In this document: positions 12,788 to 27,877 of the stretch, in pieces
How the letters are laid out: each line of letters starts with the position of its first letter
How positions within the stretch are numbered: position 1 is the first letter of the stretch
Assembly (NCBI RefSeq): GCF_006345805.1
Contig: NC_043017.1
Location: 14,260,001 to 14,324,000 of the forward strand
Length of the DNA: 64,000 nt
Direction: 5' to 3'
Origin: Octopus sinensis
Lineage: Eukaryota
Translations under genes and position numbers: made by a program
The notes under the pieces: generated by a model
What the model saw: the letters and a program-made list of their open reading frames with translations, nothing else
Databases searched by the model: none
Told to the model about the DNA's origin: nothing

Positions 12788-12832
12788 TTATATATATATA
12801 TACATGGATATACATATTTATATGTATACATA

Positions 12833-12876
<44 letters not shown>

Positions 12877-12991
12877 GGATATACATATTTATATGTATAC
12901 ACACACATATATATATATATATAATATATATATATATGTATATATATGGATATACATATTATATGTATACACACACATATATATATATTAT

Positions 12992-13042
<51 letters not shown>

Positions 13043-13289
13043 TTATATGTATATATATATATATATATGTATATATATGGATATACATATTTATATGTAT
13101 ACATATATATATATATATATATATACATACATGCATGCATACACACATATATATATGTATATATATATATTATATATATATATATAAATAATATAATATA
13201 TATACACCTACAGATATGTGTATATATATATATATATATTTATACACATACAGATATGCATATATAGATATATATATACACACTGACAT

Positions 13290-13332
<43 letters not shown>

Positions 13333-13500
13333 TATATACATATATACGTACACACACACACACATATATATATATATATCAATAACCATGTGCATATAAC
13401 GATATACATGCATATATACACACACGCATATTCATTTACATAATTACATACAGTGATATATATAATTATATTCATGTATATGGTCATACATATATACATA
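12788..13500. repeat. Compound (TA)n/(CA)n microsatellite with higher-order ~70-nt unit
   Basis: The motif ggatatacatatttatatgtatac recurs 4 times. Confidence 0.9.
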
Positions 13501-13959
13501 CAGTCACACTAAAATAGATATAGAATCATTTCCAGTCAAAATATGAAAATAGGAATAAAATATCTAAGAACTTCATGTGTCATGAATTAATACCTAGAAA
13601 CTAATTAATAGCTAATTAGTACAAACAAATTGTTCCACTCAACTAATATTTGAACCTGAAACTACTCTGCTCACAGAATATAAAAGATGTAAAGTTTTGT
13701 AATGATACATCAAAAGTAGGTAAATCTATTATATTAGAAATTATTTAATCTAAATCATTATAATGACCAATTTTAGCGCTAACTTGTGATTAAAATGCAC
13801 AGTGAACTGAATTAAAACAATTCTTTCAGTGTTACATAATAATACTGTAAAATGGCCAAGAAAGAGCAGGAATTTTATAATGAATATATTTAACTAGTCT
13901 AATGATAGGATTAAAAGATAAACAAATAAAATAAATAGAGCCAACTCTAAACCCCAACA

Positions 13960-14520
13960 AGAAAAAATGCCACCATTAGGCCATCTGGTTTATATCCCCA
14001 TTTAGGATCTTCCTTGGATTAGCAGATAAGTATTTTCCTAAAAAAAATACATACAGGAAAAATTTCAATAAGATACTTTGAGGGTCTCTTTTACCTGTGG
14101 ACCTAGCTTAAAGAAAATTTTAGCAAATAAGCCCAAATCTAGCATAGAGATAAACTGTTCGTTCAGATGTAACACCACAAGCCCACTAAATGGTCAGTAT
14201 AACACAGAAACCATCACATGTGAAGCAGAAACAGCCTCAAAGAATCCTAGCAGAGTGATAAATGTACAAAAATACACAGGTGCCATGGAAGCCTCCTTCA
14301 AGTCCAGGCTGCACAGCCACAAATGTTTGTGTCATATTCAAGAGAATGAAAATATAGGCAGAAAATACTGCACAATATAACACCGGGTGAAGACTGTACA
14401 GGCACAGACCTTCCATGAGCAGCAGTAGGATGTGCAAACTGTTAACAGAAAAAAAAATCATATTAAAGAACACTCTCCACCCAAGGGCTGACTGAGCTTT
14501 AAAAGTGAAGTTATTTCTTA
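13960..14520 (+). mobile_element. Degenerate Penelope-like GIY-YIG fragment
   Basis: ORF 14078..14380 (SPLNGQYNTETITCEAE...KYTGAMEASFKSRLHSH) resembles the CPLxGxC..VY.A..YIG.TE..FK.R...H pattern. Confidence 0.5.
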
Positions 14521-16049
14521 CTGCCCTCATGAACTCAAGTTCATATTAACCAGCTGGTCAGGCAGACCCAAAGTATAAAAGCTGGCTTTTCCCTTGCCAT
14601 AAATGAGAAGTTAACATTCTCACTGCCTCACACAACACATATACACACTAATACACATTAGTGCATATGCCTGTCCACATCTTTAGAAAAAACAAAAAAA
14701 AACTCCATCACTCTCCCATCCAATTCTGCACCTTTCCCTGCACATGTCTCTCTACCTCCACATCACCTTGACCCCTCTTCACTCTTTTATCAAATATCAC
14801 ATAAAAACAGAGTGGACTTTTGTCAGATGAATGGTGAAATTCAGGTCATTGGATCAACAGGACAAATTCATAACACATAAATCTGACAGCCTTCAGAGAC
14901 AACCCCATTTGTTTGGTTCTATTAACCTGTTCTTTTGGCCGCATTCTTTTATCCATCATTGTTGTTCTGGATTTCTACAACAAGTCTGAGACCCATAAAA
15001 CAGATGACATTTTCAGGCCACCAAAAGTAGAGAGACCAAGCCATACTTTTCCATTCAACCACGTATGATGGTTGTTTATTTACCTCTCCAATTCTAGAAG
15101 GTTATTGACATGAATCCAATCAGACACGTTAATTAGTTGTTATGAGACTATAATATTGTAATAATAAAAAAATAATTATACATATATATATATATATGTA
15201 TATATTTATACTTAAAATGTACACATACAAGTAGATATACATATAAACAATACAATATATTCACATATATAACAAGATATTGATGTCGATATATATCTAA
15301 ATACATACGTTATATGTATATATTTATCTGTCTGTCTATCTATCTAAACATAAATATACATATGTATAGAGAAAGACATATGTTTATATATGTGTATATG
15401 AACACAGACCAAGATTGAGAAGAAAAGTGTTCCCTTCAGACTAACACTGAAGCCATATCTGTTCTGAGCCAGAACAAAGCACCTTCAATGGTTTGGGATT
15501 ATGATCACACTCATGAACGTAACATTTATACTTACATATACTTATATGTGTGTGTGTACACATTGACACAGACATGAATATGTACATATACACACATTTA
15601 TGTATAAACACACACACACATCCCATGTATATTTAGTAGGTGTATTGTCCTTCAAATGGAACCAACATTTTTACTAATTCCTGGTTTCCAGGTAATGATT
15701 TAAAGCCACTACTTCGTGTTAGATCCTAAAATGAAATGTAAAGGAATATAGGAAGTTGTGGAATTGGTTCATTATTTGAAGTTCCAGAAAAGGTGAAACT
15801 TAAAGGTGTAATCTATTGGAGACTAATCAAGCAGTTAAATTCCCACACACACACACATACACACAAACACAAAAGGTCTTTCCTGTATACTTTTCCCAAT
15901 ATGCCAATCCTCTACAAAATTAAGGGCTAGCAGCTTAGTTCACTCATTTAATAATCAATTATATTAAACATAAAAAAACAGCAATAAAAAACCAATTTGG
16001 GTTCCCAACCATGCATCAGAGATCATTTACACAAGAAAAAGGAAGAAAA

Positions 16050-17130
16050 AAACCCCGTAAAAGTCAATGTTATACTGTAGACTAGAATATATTTATAGAT
16101 ATAAATATTTATAGAATATGCTCCGGCATGGCCATAAACTGTGATGCTTAAAACAAACACAAGAACTACAAAAACTGGAAATAATGAAGTGGCTGATAGT
16201 AGTCCAGCAAACTGATGTTTGAAGTGAGAAGGGAATTCTATGGCTGTTGAATAAAGGAAAGGATTGCAACATGGGGCATAAGGAGAGACATCTAAGTCAG
16301 CCTGGAAGGGATTAATACACATCTAGCTAGTTCTGGTGAGCAGAAGCAGTTGTAGATGAGAATATATTTTGTTTAGCTGAGCAACCAGAGGTCATGACTA
16401 TTCTTCAAGGCATCTGAGTTTGGGAAAGAAGCTATCTTTACACAAAATGCTTACAGATGCTTACAATGGGGTGGAGCACATCAAATGAAGCCAAGTGCCA
16501 AGCAGTTCTGTTAAACTGGTTGAGAGATAAAGCTTAGACTTCTGCAAGATCAGTACCCAACCTAATGAAATAATGTCCAGAGGGTTAACACCAATGTTGG
16601 GTTTCTTGTGAAATGTAGCCACTGATCTCAATTGTCTGTGCATGGGTTTTATGGAAGATCTGTTTATGTGGACGCAGTTGCAATGACAGAATATGGGTAA
16701 GTGTTGATTCCACATATGCTCTGTAGGAGTCACAGGCAAGTGAAATTGAAGAAAAATGAGAGTGCATTTATGCAACCCTTCAAGAAATCAAATAGCCCCC
16801 ATTGTACAGCCACATTCAATCTAAATGTTATCAAGCATTTATCACTAAACATCTGCAAGAGGATAAATGCATTAGACTTTAATGAATTCAGCTTCCACAA
16901 AGCTGTAGTGTATGATAAGGAGGCACTACTAGGTTGCTGATGTCAAGATGAGACAAACACTTGCAACTGCACTCCCCAAACCATAAAAACATTAAGAAGA
17001 GAAATGTTATATGGAACAACCCACCGTACAATAATGCTGTAGAAACTAGTATTACAACTCATTTCATGAACAGCCTTAAATGCTGTAAATTATTTAACAA
17101 AATCAACAGCAGCACCAGTAACACTGTTAA
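16050..17130 (+). mobile_element. Degenerate Penelope-like RT-thumb/linker fragment (second family)
   Basis: PFKKSNSPHCTATFNLNVIKHLSLNICKRI and KRNVIWNNPPYNNAVETSI resemble the PYRKPN..SNHP and RNIIWFNPPY motifs of Penelope-like elements; heavily disrupted. Confidence 0.55.
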
Positions 17131-17599
17131 CGTAAATATAGTGCAGACAAACATAGAATGAAAGGAGCTGAGATGCACTCTCAAAATATAGAGTTTAGCC
17201 TCATAAAAGAGGGATGTTTAGAGAAAATATTGTATGTTGTGCTAATGTCTTCAGCAATAACCCTTTTCATCATTAGTGTCAGGAAAACAGCAAATTTGGA
17301 AATCAAGAAACAAAGCCCTCAGTATCTCAGAGGCAGTATTAGAAGAGATACAGGTATTTAAGAAGGGATCAAAGTGTTATGGTGTCTGTATTCTATAGAA
17401 ACTCCATTCCATTTGCTGTCACATCTTAATCTTAAATTAAAAAAAACACACCAGCCAATACTGACTTGTTGAAACATGCTCAAATTCTATGTTGGGGATT
17501 TCAAGGAAGTTTCACCAGATGCATAGTGTCTCTTGTCATGCAAGAGCCTGGGCTATCACCAGATGTGAAGTAATTTAAAAAGAGGAGAAAATCATAAAG

Positions 17600-17759
17600 A
17601 AATAAGTGGTAAGTAGCTTGCTAACCAACCACATGGTTCCGGGTTCAATCTCACTGCGTGGCATCTTGGGCAAGTGTCTTCTGCTATAGCCCCGGGCTGA
17701 CCAATGCCTTGTGAGTGGATTTGCTAGACGGAAACTGAAAGAAACCTGTCGTATATATG

Positions 17760-17790
<31 letters not shown>

Positions 17791-18000
17791 ATGTTTGTGT
17801 GTCTGTGTCCCCCTAGCATTGCTTGACAACCGATGCTGGTGTGTTTATGCCCCCATCACTTAGCGGTTCGGCAAAAGAGACCGATAGAATAAGTACTGGG
17901 CTTACAAAGAATAAGTCCCGGGGTCGATTTGCTCGACTAAAGGTGGTGCTCCAGCATGGCCACAGTCAATTGACTGAAACAAGTAAAAGAGTAAGAGTAA
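17600..18000 (+). mobile_element. tRNA-derived SINE with CORE-like central domain
   Basis: B-box-like gggttcaatc, cttgggcaagtgtctt core, internal (TA)/(TG) tract and conserved tail. Decayed relatives at about 8120, 9935, 23750, 28620, 31110, 41985, 44220, 57475 and 59830. Confidence 0.7.
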
Positions 18001-18544
18001 AAGTTAAAATAATAAAACAAATATGAATGGTAATTAGTTGGAGTTAAATAGCATTATAAGGAAAATATTTAAAATAACAAATTTAAATGTTTACTACTAA
18101 TTATATTATTGAAACCCGCATGTGTACTTCATTGTTTAAGTGGATATGTGTGTATAATATTACAGAATATTCATTAGTGTATATAAATAGAAGTCAACTT
18201 TCTATAACTTATGCCTTAAGTTCATTCAACTTATCAGGAATCTAAACTCAGAAATCCAATAGAAAATACAAGTGAATATTAGATAATATCATAGACTTGT
18301 AAGAACAATCAGTCAGGAGATTTCAAAGACAGACTTTTATATGACAGAGGAATAATTTGTGTAGTAAGAAATAAAATATTCATTTGCAACAAGAAATAAC
18401 CAAAGTTTGAACTAAAATAGAAACACACTATAACTTGTGTGTGTATAAAATATAATGTACCTAAAATGTGTATTTAATATTTCATTTATGAAATTCTACT
18501 TACTTTGTGTCACAAGTACATCTCATGTATGGTTGTATGTATGG

Positions 18545-18581
<37 letters not shown>

Positions 18582-19169
18582 GATGGATGTATGCATACAT
18601 GCATATATTTATCATCATTTAATGTCCATTTGCCATGCTGTCATGGGTTGAGCAATTTGACAAGATCCAGCAAGCCACAGGGCTGCATTAAGCTCACATA
18701 CTTACACATATATGCATATACACCCGCACTCTCTCTCATCTGTGGTTATCATTTGTGCAAGTGTGCATGTATGTATAATATGAATATTAAATTTCAATAT
18801 ATACATTAAATGTTTCTGTGTTGATGGTTATCTGATGTGTTAACCACTGAACATGGAATGTAAATTAACAATTAGTGTTACCCTCATTGGTAAGAGACCA
18901 GTGTTCATGCAGATTCAGAACACGAGCCATCTGCAATGAGTTATCATTTCACCCATCATATCACAACATATCCACTTATTCCTCTCTCTTTCTCTCTGTC
19001 TGTCTTTGTGTACAATATTATTAAATGTATCCCTTCCTCTTCCTCTTCCTACACACACATTCTAATTCATAAAATTGCATACACTTTCAAATTATCAGTA
19101 AAAAAATACAGATTTGGTTAAATTTTGAACATCATTGAATTCCCATGTTTTTTCTGTTAATGACCACAA

Positions 19170-20049
<880 letters not shown>

Positions 20050-20226
20050 CATCCTGCAGGGTGACCAATAAACACCCTCCTCACCAAGCAAGCTTGGTGG
20101 GGTTGCCGATTTAGTCGCCGGCGACCCGACCATGCAACAGGTTGTGCTGGGTTACATGTTACCAGTAGGACTCGAAAGTGACCTTCGCACAATGGCCATA
20201 CTCGATAACGAAGGGGCAGCCATCAT
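20050..20226. other. GC/CpG-rich structured 177-bp insert within TA repeats (probable retroelement 5'-end fragment)
   Basis: Multiple perfect hairpins or palindromes and a sharp composition shift; family not verified. Confidence 0.4.
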
Positions 20227-22619
20227 ATATATATATATATACATACATACACAGTCTTAGAGAAGTATATATCAATAAGTATCACTATAGATATACTTAA
20301 TCTATAAAAATGTTACAATACATATTTAAGAAAATAAAGTGTGCAAATTCTTGGAAATAGCAATTAAAAAAGATTTTGTTATTTTAAAAATTTATTCCAT
20401 ACATGATTGTGTGCTTGAAACGAAATTCAATTAAACAAAATCCAAGAGGATTTCTGAATGTCAGTCACTTGGCTCAATGTCAAGAGATTTTTTTCGCTTT
20501 CACAGAAACCGAAGGTTTTGATGTCTAGCATCTTGGATTTTATCACCATTACTGCTCCTGCAGACCCTTACAAGTTATTTAGTTTTATTACAGATTTTAC
20601 AGTTACAAACAGTTAACACTGATTCTAGGCATACTGAAGATATATCTAAAATATTAATGTTTAAGGAAGAAATGGAATCATTCTATTCTTGAAACTATCA
20701 AAATACTGAGTGAGTCTTTTAAAATTTAAATATTGAAAACTTTTTGAACATAACACTAAAGATATGATATACAATATTTTAATTAAGATAGATAGCCATA
20801 TTTGAAACATTTTATTATAAAAACTTACATGAATGAATCAGTATGTATGTATGGAGTGTGTGTATACACATAGTATGTATATGTATGCACTCATATACAT
20901 ACACACACAAACATATACAAGAAATAGATAAAGAGACAGGTATGTAGATACATACAAGTATATATATGAACACACATATGCACACAAAATTGTTATAATT
21001 AGATGAAAGCTATCCTTTATATTCATATGAAACATAATTGCAAAGAAACATTGAAGTGAATACAAAATAAGATACACAAAGACAATCTTTTTGGTAAGTT
21101 GTTATTACCAAACAAAAAAGCATGATTGATTATTGGTGTGAAATTTTAAATCAAAATAGACCAAGGGAAAAAAATCAACATTTACACATCAAAATGTGAA
21201 GCTCAACTTAAACAAGCAATGAAAGTGTTGTTTTAATTGCACATTTACTGTATTAAGAAGAAAGAAAGAAAGAAAAATATTATTTAAGTGGCTAGAATTA
21301 AATAAAATATTAAAAAATTGCTGTGTTGCTCTCTATCTAACATGGTTATTTGAAGTGGCTTCAGTGACAGATTTCAACAAGAAAAGCAATGTGGAAATAA
21401 TTAAAAACAAATTAAAAATAGAACATTTTTAGTTATTATTCTAATAACATAAACAACTGAATGTGGTGTTTACTGTGAAGTGGTGTGCTGCAGCCTTGAG
21501 CAATGGCAGTCAACTGGTGCCAAGCAGAGCTTGAGCAATTTACAGGCAAACAAATTTCACAGACCATACTGATACGAAAGCAGAGAAAGACTTATGTTTA
21601 ACCTATAAACAGTGAGAACTTGGGTGAAAACATGCACTTATAATTAAAGAACAAAATAGGTAAAAATAATATAAATAATATAAAGATGGAAAAATGTAAG
21701 AGAGAGCATACCAGATGGAATGAATTTCAAATAGTTTAGCACAATCTATTATTGTTCAGTGTCAAATAGATGTGGGGGAAATTAACAGTAAATTAAGTAT
21801 TTAAATCATAGTTTTAAGTAATGTATATTTGTAGAGAAGTGTAAATTACCATTGTTAATGTCATTTTAATTTGCTAAATCAAAAAATTATTTTCACACAA
21901 AATCTTGATTCTCTCAAAGTCTAGAATCTCATAAGTTCGAATCAGGCAGAGTTTGCTGATAAGGTCTAATTAGAGCAAAACATGCCTGAAGTTATCCTAT
22001 ATCACTGAGGATCAAATTCACTTCTCTGCTACATAATTCTATTTCATTTTTAGTCAATTTATATTTCATATTCTTCTCCATTGCCTTTCTTAACAAGAAC
22101 TGTCATTGCTGCTAAAGACTTTGCTCCTCATTCCAGGAGCAATTTTGTTTGGTTAAAAATTCTTTTTGGTTCACTACATTAAATATGTTAATGTTGTAAA
22201 TAAGTGAATTTATCAGAAAAAGCAGCCTGTCAGGTATACACACGCATGCACACACACACATACAGATAATACTGCTAGCCATGTAACAAAGGTATTTCTA
22301 GAATATGAGACTAGCAAAACAGTTCTTTGAATCCTGATTTGAATATATTCTACATGAAGGCAATATTCAGAAATACAAAAATATATTAAAATAATAAAAG
22401 TTTGTTACTTCCTGAAATTACTTCAGAATCTGTGCAAAGCCCTTAATCAAAATACGTATCGACAGACCCACATTGCACCCTAATGCACCCCTACTTCTCT
22501 GACTTTTCGCGTCTGTTCCAGTTGATAGGCTCACAATATTATATTTACACAAACTATAAGTGTTTCTCTAACAAACAACTTGTTATGTCCCAAATTCTTG
22601 AAATTAGACTATTTACAGG

Positions 22620-22930
22620 GGCCAAATGTATGCCATTGATATTGTGACTCCTGTTACACCATCAAGTCTTTCACGACTACCCAGTGAACTCAATATAAAA
22701 GGAACTACTCCCAACCAAATTCAATATTTTAGTCCCTTGACTTTGTCCATCTCTTTGCATGATGGATTGTTCTGGAGGAAGGGACTGTTTGGAGAACAGA
22801 GAGGTTCAGAGAAAGTGACTGTGTCTATGGTCTTCACAGGCCCTTCTGAGACCAATGGCTTCAGAACATTTACAGTCCCTCTTGAATACTTGCAATTTAA
22901 TATCTGCAGAAAAGGATGACAAAGGGATGA
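22620..22930 (-). mobile_element. Highly degenerate LINE (RTE-like) endonuclease-region relic
   Basis: Weak resemblance to APE N-terminal segments (SETR..GQL.E...YTFFWSG); no intact frame. Confidence 0.3.
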
Positions 22931-23316
22931 TATTTTTGGGGAAGAAGGACTGGTCATAATGGTTACAGTGAAACACAATGTGGGCATTTCACACACACAC
23001 AAACACAATATATATATAATTAAAATTAATCAAAGGATATACTAAGTATGTCTACCTGCTGGAAATAACAGTGACATCTCTTATTTAAATCGCAATTTAA
23101 ATAAGAGTTTTGACTGTTATTTCCAACATACTTAGTTTGTTCTTTGATTAATTTTAATCCTTCGGCTATTTAATGCTTTTTGGGGGCCTGTAATCACCTA
23201 TATTATTGATTCTGCTATTGTCATTTTTAAATTGTTACACTAAATAATAACAATGGTATCTTCGCAAATTATTTTTCATGAATAATTTTTTCTCGTCAAT
23301 TATTTGCTCCGTATTG

Positions 23317-23385
<69 letters not shown>

Positions 23386-25423
23386 TCCCTCGTTAACCTC
23401 TAGGAAAGGAAACAGCTTCAATACAGAATTGGTGTGATGTGTAGCTAAAGAATTATTAGCAATATCATCATCATAATCTTTATTATAATTAATTAATGAC
23501 ATTATCGTAGCAATAAAATCATTAATTATTTCCTAATCTCAAACCAGTTAACATTTTCAAGACTCAGTGTCTTCATACCCACATCCAACACCCTGAACTT
23601 CTTAAGTTGATATATATTATTGATAATACCCACAGATTATAACCAAATCAATTATTGATCACTGATTATCATTAATTTACCAACTGAATAAACTGGCAGA
23701 AAACCACTCAAAGGCCAGTGTTTTTGCTAGTAGTAGTGATAATAACCCTCCCTGCTATAAGTACAAGGATCAAATTTCAGTAGAGAAAATTTGACAATTT
23801 ACATCAACCCCATTGCTCAACTGGTACTTTATTTTATCAACTCCAAAAAGATGGAAAGCAACAGTGGCCTCGGCAGGACCTGAACTCGAAACATTAAGCT
23901 GGAAAAACTACCCAACAGAAGCTAACACACAGGCTAACTTACTAACAGAGTAGCAAGCAGAATTATAATCTGATATTTAGGATAAAATCTTGGTAAGACA
24001 AGTGATAAAATCGTACACAAGACTTCTCATGGCTTAAGCCCATGACCAAAATGGAGATTTATGGACACATTCCACCTAGCTCTAAAATTGTTGCTCAACT
24101 TAGAATCAGCTTTGCTGACTACTAATATTGTACTGAACACCACGATACACCAGATATTATTGGCAGAGACACACATCACAAAACTGAGGATCCAGCAATG
24201 CTAGTGGAGGACAAATATTCCTAGTGTGATGAGATGTATCTTGATTGCAGAATAAAATTGTTTATTTTAATAATTGATTTATAATTATCATTTTTATCAT
24301 TATTAGATCATTTGTATATTAATTTAAAAAAATCTAGTATATCAGGGTTGTCTCCCCTGCATTTATTAGCAAGAGTTGATCATTAGGTTAATTAGTCATT
24401 TTCCTCACCATGGATGTAATTTTAATCAATTACAATATCAGGGCTCATGACATTAAATACAGATCTAACAATTTGGCTTTCCTGCAAAACATGTCCCCAG
24501 GTAGCATTTCGATTTTGTTCTAATTATCTTCACATATTTTTACTCTAATTTGTAGATAATGTGTTTTATATCAATTAAAAGGTGTCACTCATAGTTGAAA
24601 CCTTAATACAGTAAAACTGAGTCAGTGATCAGGCTACAAATGTATGATGAAACTTTTAAACACTTCATAGTAGTACTATTTCGAAATTTAACAGATTTTC
24701 TTTTCGCATTTATAATTGGCTAATTTAACTGAAATGGCATCTGGCTGAGTTGATGTCTGTTGTTAATCTAGGCAGTGCTAGGTCTATTCTTTAACTTTAG
24801 AACTGGTATGCTCTGTATCGGAACACTTTGAAGACAAGAACATTTGAAGATGTGCAATATCAGTGAAAGTAAAGTTTTGCACACTTTCATGCTAAGAAGT
24901 ACTGACCTCTTCTTTTTTCTCCTGCAAAAAAGTACAACACTTTGACAGGTGTGTGTCAACTAACAAAGCAAAAGGGCCACAAATGAGATAATGGGGCAAT
25001 TAACAAGAACAATGGTATGGGAACAGCTAAAGTCTTAAGAGTTTTGCTTTTAAAGAAATGTACAGAACAATATATGGAACAGAAATGTAGAAACTCAAAA
25101 CAGAGATGTTTGCATGTGCTTGCACGTACGTACGTGTGTAAAAGAAATTCACTATGTTGAATATAGCATAAATATCCAGAACAAAAATGTGTTTTAATTT
25201 TCAAAATCAACAGTTTGTATAATTCTGAAATAAAGCAAATAAAACTATAAACGATTCTCTCATTAGCTTCACAAGGAATTCATCAAAACTGTCCTAAAAG
25301 ACTTGTTATATTTTATCAGGACATAATTTATCACTTTTGAAATTTTTTTAAAAAAAAGAAACTCTTTAATAACAAAATAATAAAAAATTCTGGGTGTAGT
25401 TTTTTTTTTTTTTAATTACTTAC

Positions 25424-25533
25424 CATTTTTAAACTATTATTCTGGTTTTGACTAGCTTTGTAAGCTCGCCAGTTTTCAGCTACTAAAAGTCCAGTGTAGA
25501 TTTTTCCAACTGTCAATTTCCGATCGTTTAATT
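25424..25533 (-). CDS. Cav2: Cav2 exon: IQ-like calmodulin-binding region (E-LNDRKLTVGKIYTGLLVAENWRAYKASQNQNNSLKM)
   Basis: 110 nt, acceptor ttttttttcag, donor ATG|gtaagt, phase 1-0. LTVGKIY motif. Confidence 0.95.
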
Positions 25534-26399
25534 CTGAAAAAAAACCCAATATTTTCCAGTGATTACAGGGAGAAAAAAAAAAACATCTGACTGAAAATGT
25601 GAGATAAAAAGTAGTTTCAGTGACTGTTTCACCTTAGATCAGACCTCGTCAAGCACATCTATAATTAAAACTCTTCTGACCATAGCCATCTAGCACTATT
25701 TTAAATTTAAAGGGAATGTGAGTGCATGTATGGAGGTGGGGGATGAAGGAGATTAGGCTGCTATTTCTAGTAGGGTAAGCATCTTCTAGGTTAAAAACAG
25801 ATCAAAAGAGTTGTAGTAAACTGTAAAATATGTCATAACATTTTATAGTGATCTAAGAAAAATAATGGCAAGATTATGTTACACTGATGAGATAGAAAAA
25901 GACTGAAACAAGTATGGAGTTATCACTGACAAACTCTCAGCCCACATCATATTTTTAATTAATTAAAATTTCTAAGCTGACTTCCCTTTCTTGATACTAT
26001 AATAATTGAGATCATGAATGTTTCAATCAGGTACAAGAGTAATTTTATTTAACTGTAGCAATTAGTTGAAAATAAAAACTTTATAGTAATTAATGAGGAT
26101 ATATTATAAACATAATTAACTTCCCTATATATAGTTGTCCCTTGTTTTATATGTGAGTCATCATGCAAATTGAAATTGTGTAAATCAACGGTGTTAAAAG
26201 AAAATTTTAATAATTTTAAATTATTAAATTTAAAATTTAAATAATTATTTATTGAAATTAGGACAATAAATTATTGGTGCCAGCAGCATTATCTCATCTT
26301 TGAGTCCTTCCTTTACGATGAAACTGTTGATGCCTTTGTAGAGCAATTCTTGCATAAGTGTCAAAGGCAATGTGAGTGGAGGATGAGATTGTTGAGCCG

Positions 26400-26740
26400 T
26401 TCTCTCCTGTAATTTGATTTCTTCCTTTACTCTTCTAATGGCTTTGAAGGTTTTGGATTTGATGATGATGGAACACTGCCATTCAGTACAGAAGATTGTG
26501 TTTCAAACGATTTAGGCTCAATTCCAGGAGCTTTCAGTGTTGCTTTAAGTTGGACCCTGTATCTTTGAAGAGGGCAACCCCATGGTCTTTTTTGCCAATG
26601 TGAGCTCACTAAATAAGACTTGGCACTCTTCCATTCTTGCTACATGTCCTGACCATTGAAGACAGGATTTCATGATCAGTGATTTGATACTTTGACTGCT
26701 GACTCTTTCCAAGACATTGTTGTTGTTCACATAATGTTCT
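26400..26740 (-). mobile_element. Degenerate RTE-clade LINE 3' fragment
   Basis: LQWSGHVARM...VLFSEL and QRYRVQLKATLKAPGIEPKSFETQ match the RTE C-terminal LRWxGHVxRM..LYGEL..KRxKDxLK pattern. Confidence 0.6.
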
Positions 26741-27348
26741 CATTTGATGCTCAAGATTGAATAAACGTTTCGCTGGTGAAAACTTTCTAATTAGAGACCC
26801 TTTACTATTTTTTCCACAATATTACAATGTACAACTGGTGTGCATTTTAAAGTTACTAAAGACCCAGCATTTTAAAGTGGTTCCAATTTTTTTTCTTGTC
26901 TCTTTTCTGTTCTGTTATTTCTTTTATATCAAGATGTTTCAATTTCAGTGGTTTTAATAACATATTAATTTTCTTGACATTTGAAATGTTATTATTCAAT
27001 CACAAAAATATTTAATAAAACCTAGAAATATTGCACACTTTCGCATTAGCCTAAGTTGTGGTTCACCTCTGTCATCAGAGAAATGAAATGAGAAAGAAAA
27101 AAAAGAAAAACCTGTATATATAGCAAAAAAAAGAAAAGCCAAATGAAATCATGCACACTGAGTGCCAAGTAAACTGCAGCAGAACTGAATATTCACACAC
27201 AGATTTTTAACAGAGAATATGTTGTACCCTTTCAAACCTGCAACCAAAGAGAGCTGCTCTTCCACACTTGTTATGCCTCTATTAAGGACAGATGCCCACC
27301 CCTCTTGCTATTTCTCTCTTGAACAATGAAATGAGGTTATTTACTTAC

Positions 27349-27453
27349 CATGGTTTGGAGGAACAAGAAGATCTACAATTTTTTTCCCATGTACAGGCCA
27401 CACCCGTTTGATGACTTCTCGCATTTCTTCATCTTTCCTATCCATTTCATCAG
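27349..27453 (-). CDS. Cav2: Cav2 exon: pre-IQ (A-DEMDRKDEEMREVIKRVWPVHGKKIVDLLVPPNH + G)
   Basis: 105 nt, acceptor tcttttacag, donor gtaagt, phase 1-1. DLLVPP motif. Confidence 0.95.
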
Positions 27454-27877
27454 CTGTAAAAGACAAGCAAAATTAATCATTTGAGACAATTACTTGGCAT
27501 TAAAGAAGAATTGTTAATAAATTATATGGAAACAGAATGTTATAGCCTTTCTTTTATTCCATTTTTTATTGGAACGGTGCAATGATGATGTAGCCAAAGT
27601 CTTCACCAGACCCTGTCAATTGATGTTGCGTTTTAATAGATGTCAGAAAAAAATGTGAAGAGAGGGGTAATTCCATAGTGACCGATATTCTGGGGAAGAA
27701 GTCCTGCATGGGGAAGGATGATAAAATATGGTTAATAAAGTGAGTTTGAAATGTTTGTGTGGTGATGGAAGGAGAGGCAACAGCAATAAGGAACGAAGGC
27801 CAGAGTTGTAGCAACAGAATAGAATAGAGAGCAAAGAGATGCTCTCCTCCCCCATGTTGAGCAGAGGTTGGACTTAC

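Noticed and set aside
15084-15093. 10-nt microexon candidate AATTGGAGAG (ttctag / gtaaat)
   Set aside because: Frame-shifting length and no supporting context; expected by chance.
17600-17680. tRNA gene
   Set aside because: A B-box-like motif is present but there is no cloverleaf. It continues into a SINE core and tail, so it is a tRNA-derived SINE head.
25884-25914. CTGATGA...GAAAC hammerhead-like string
   Set aside because: Stem II does not pair convincingly, there is no stem I and no Penelope context.
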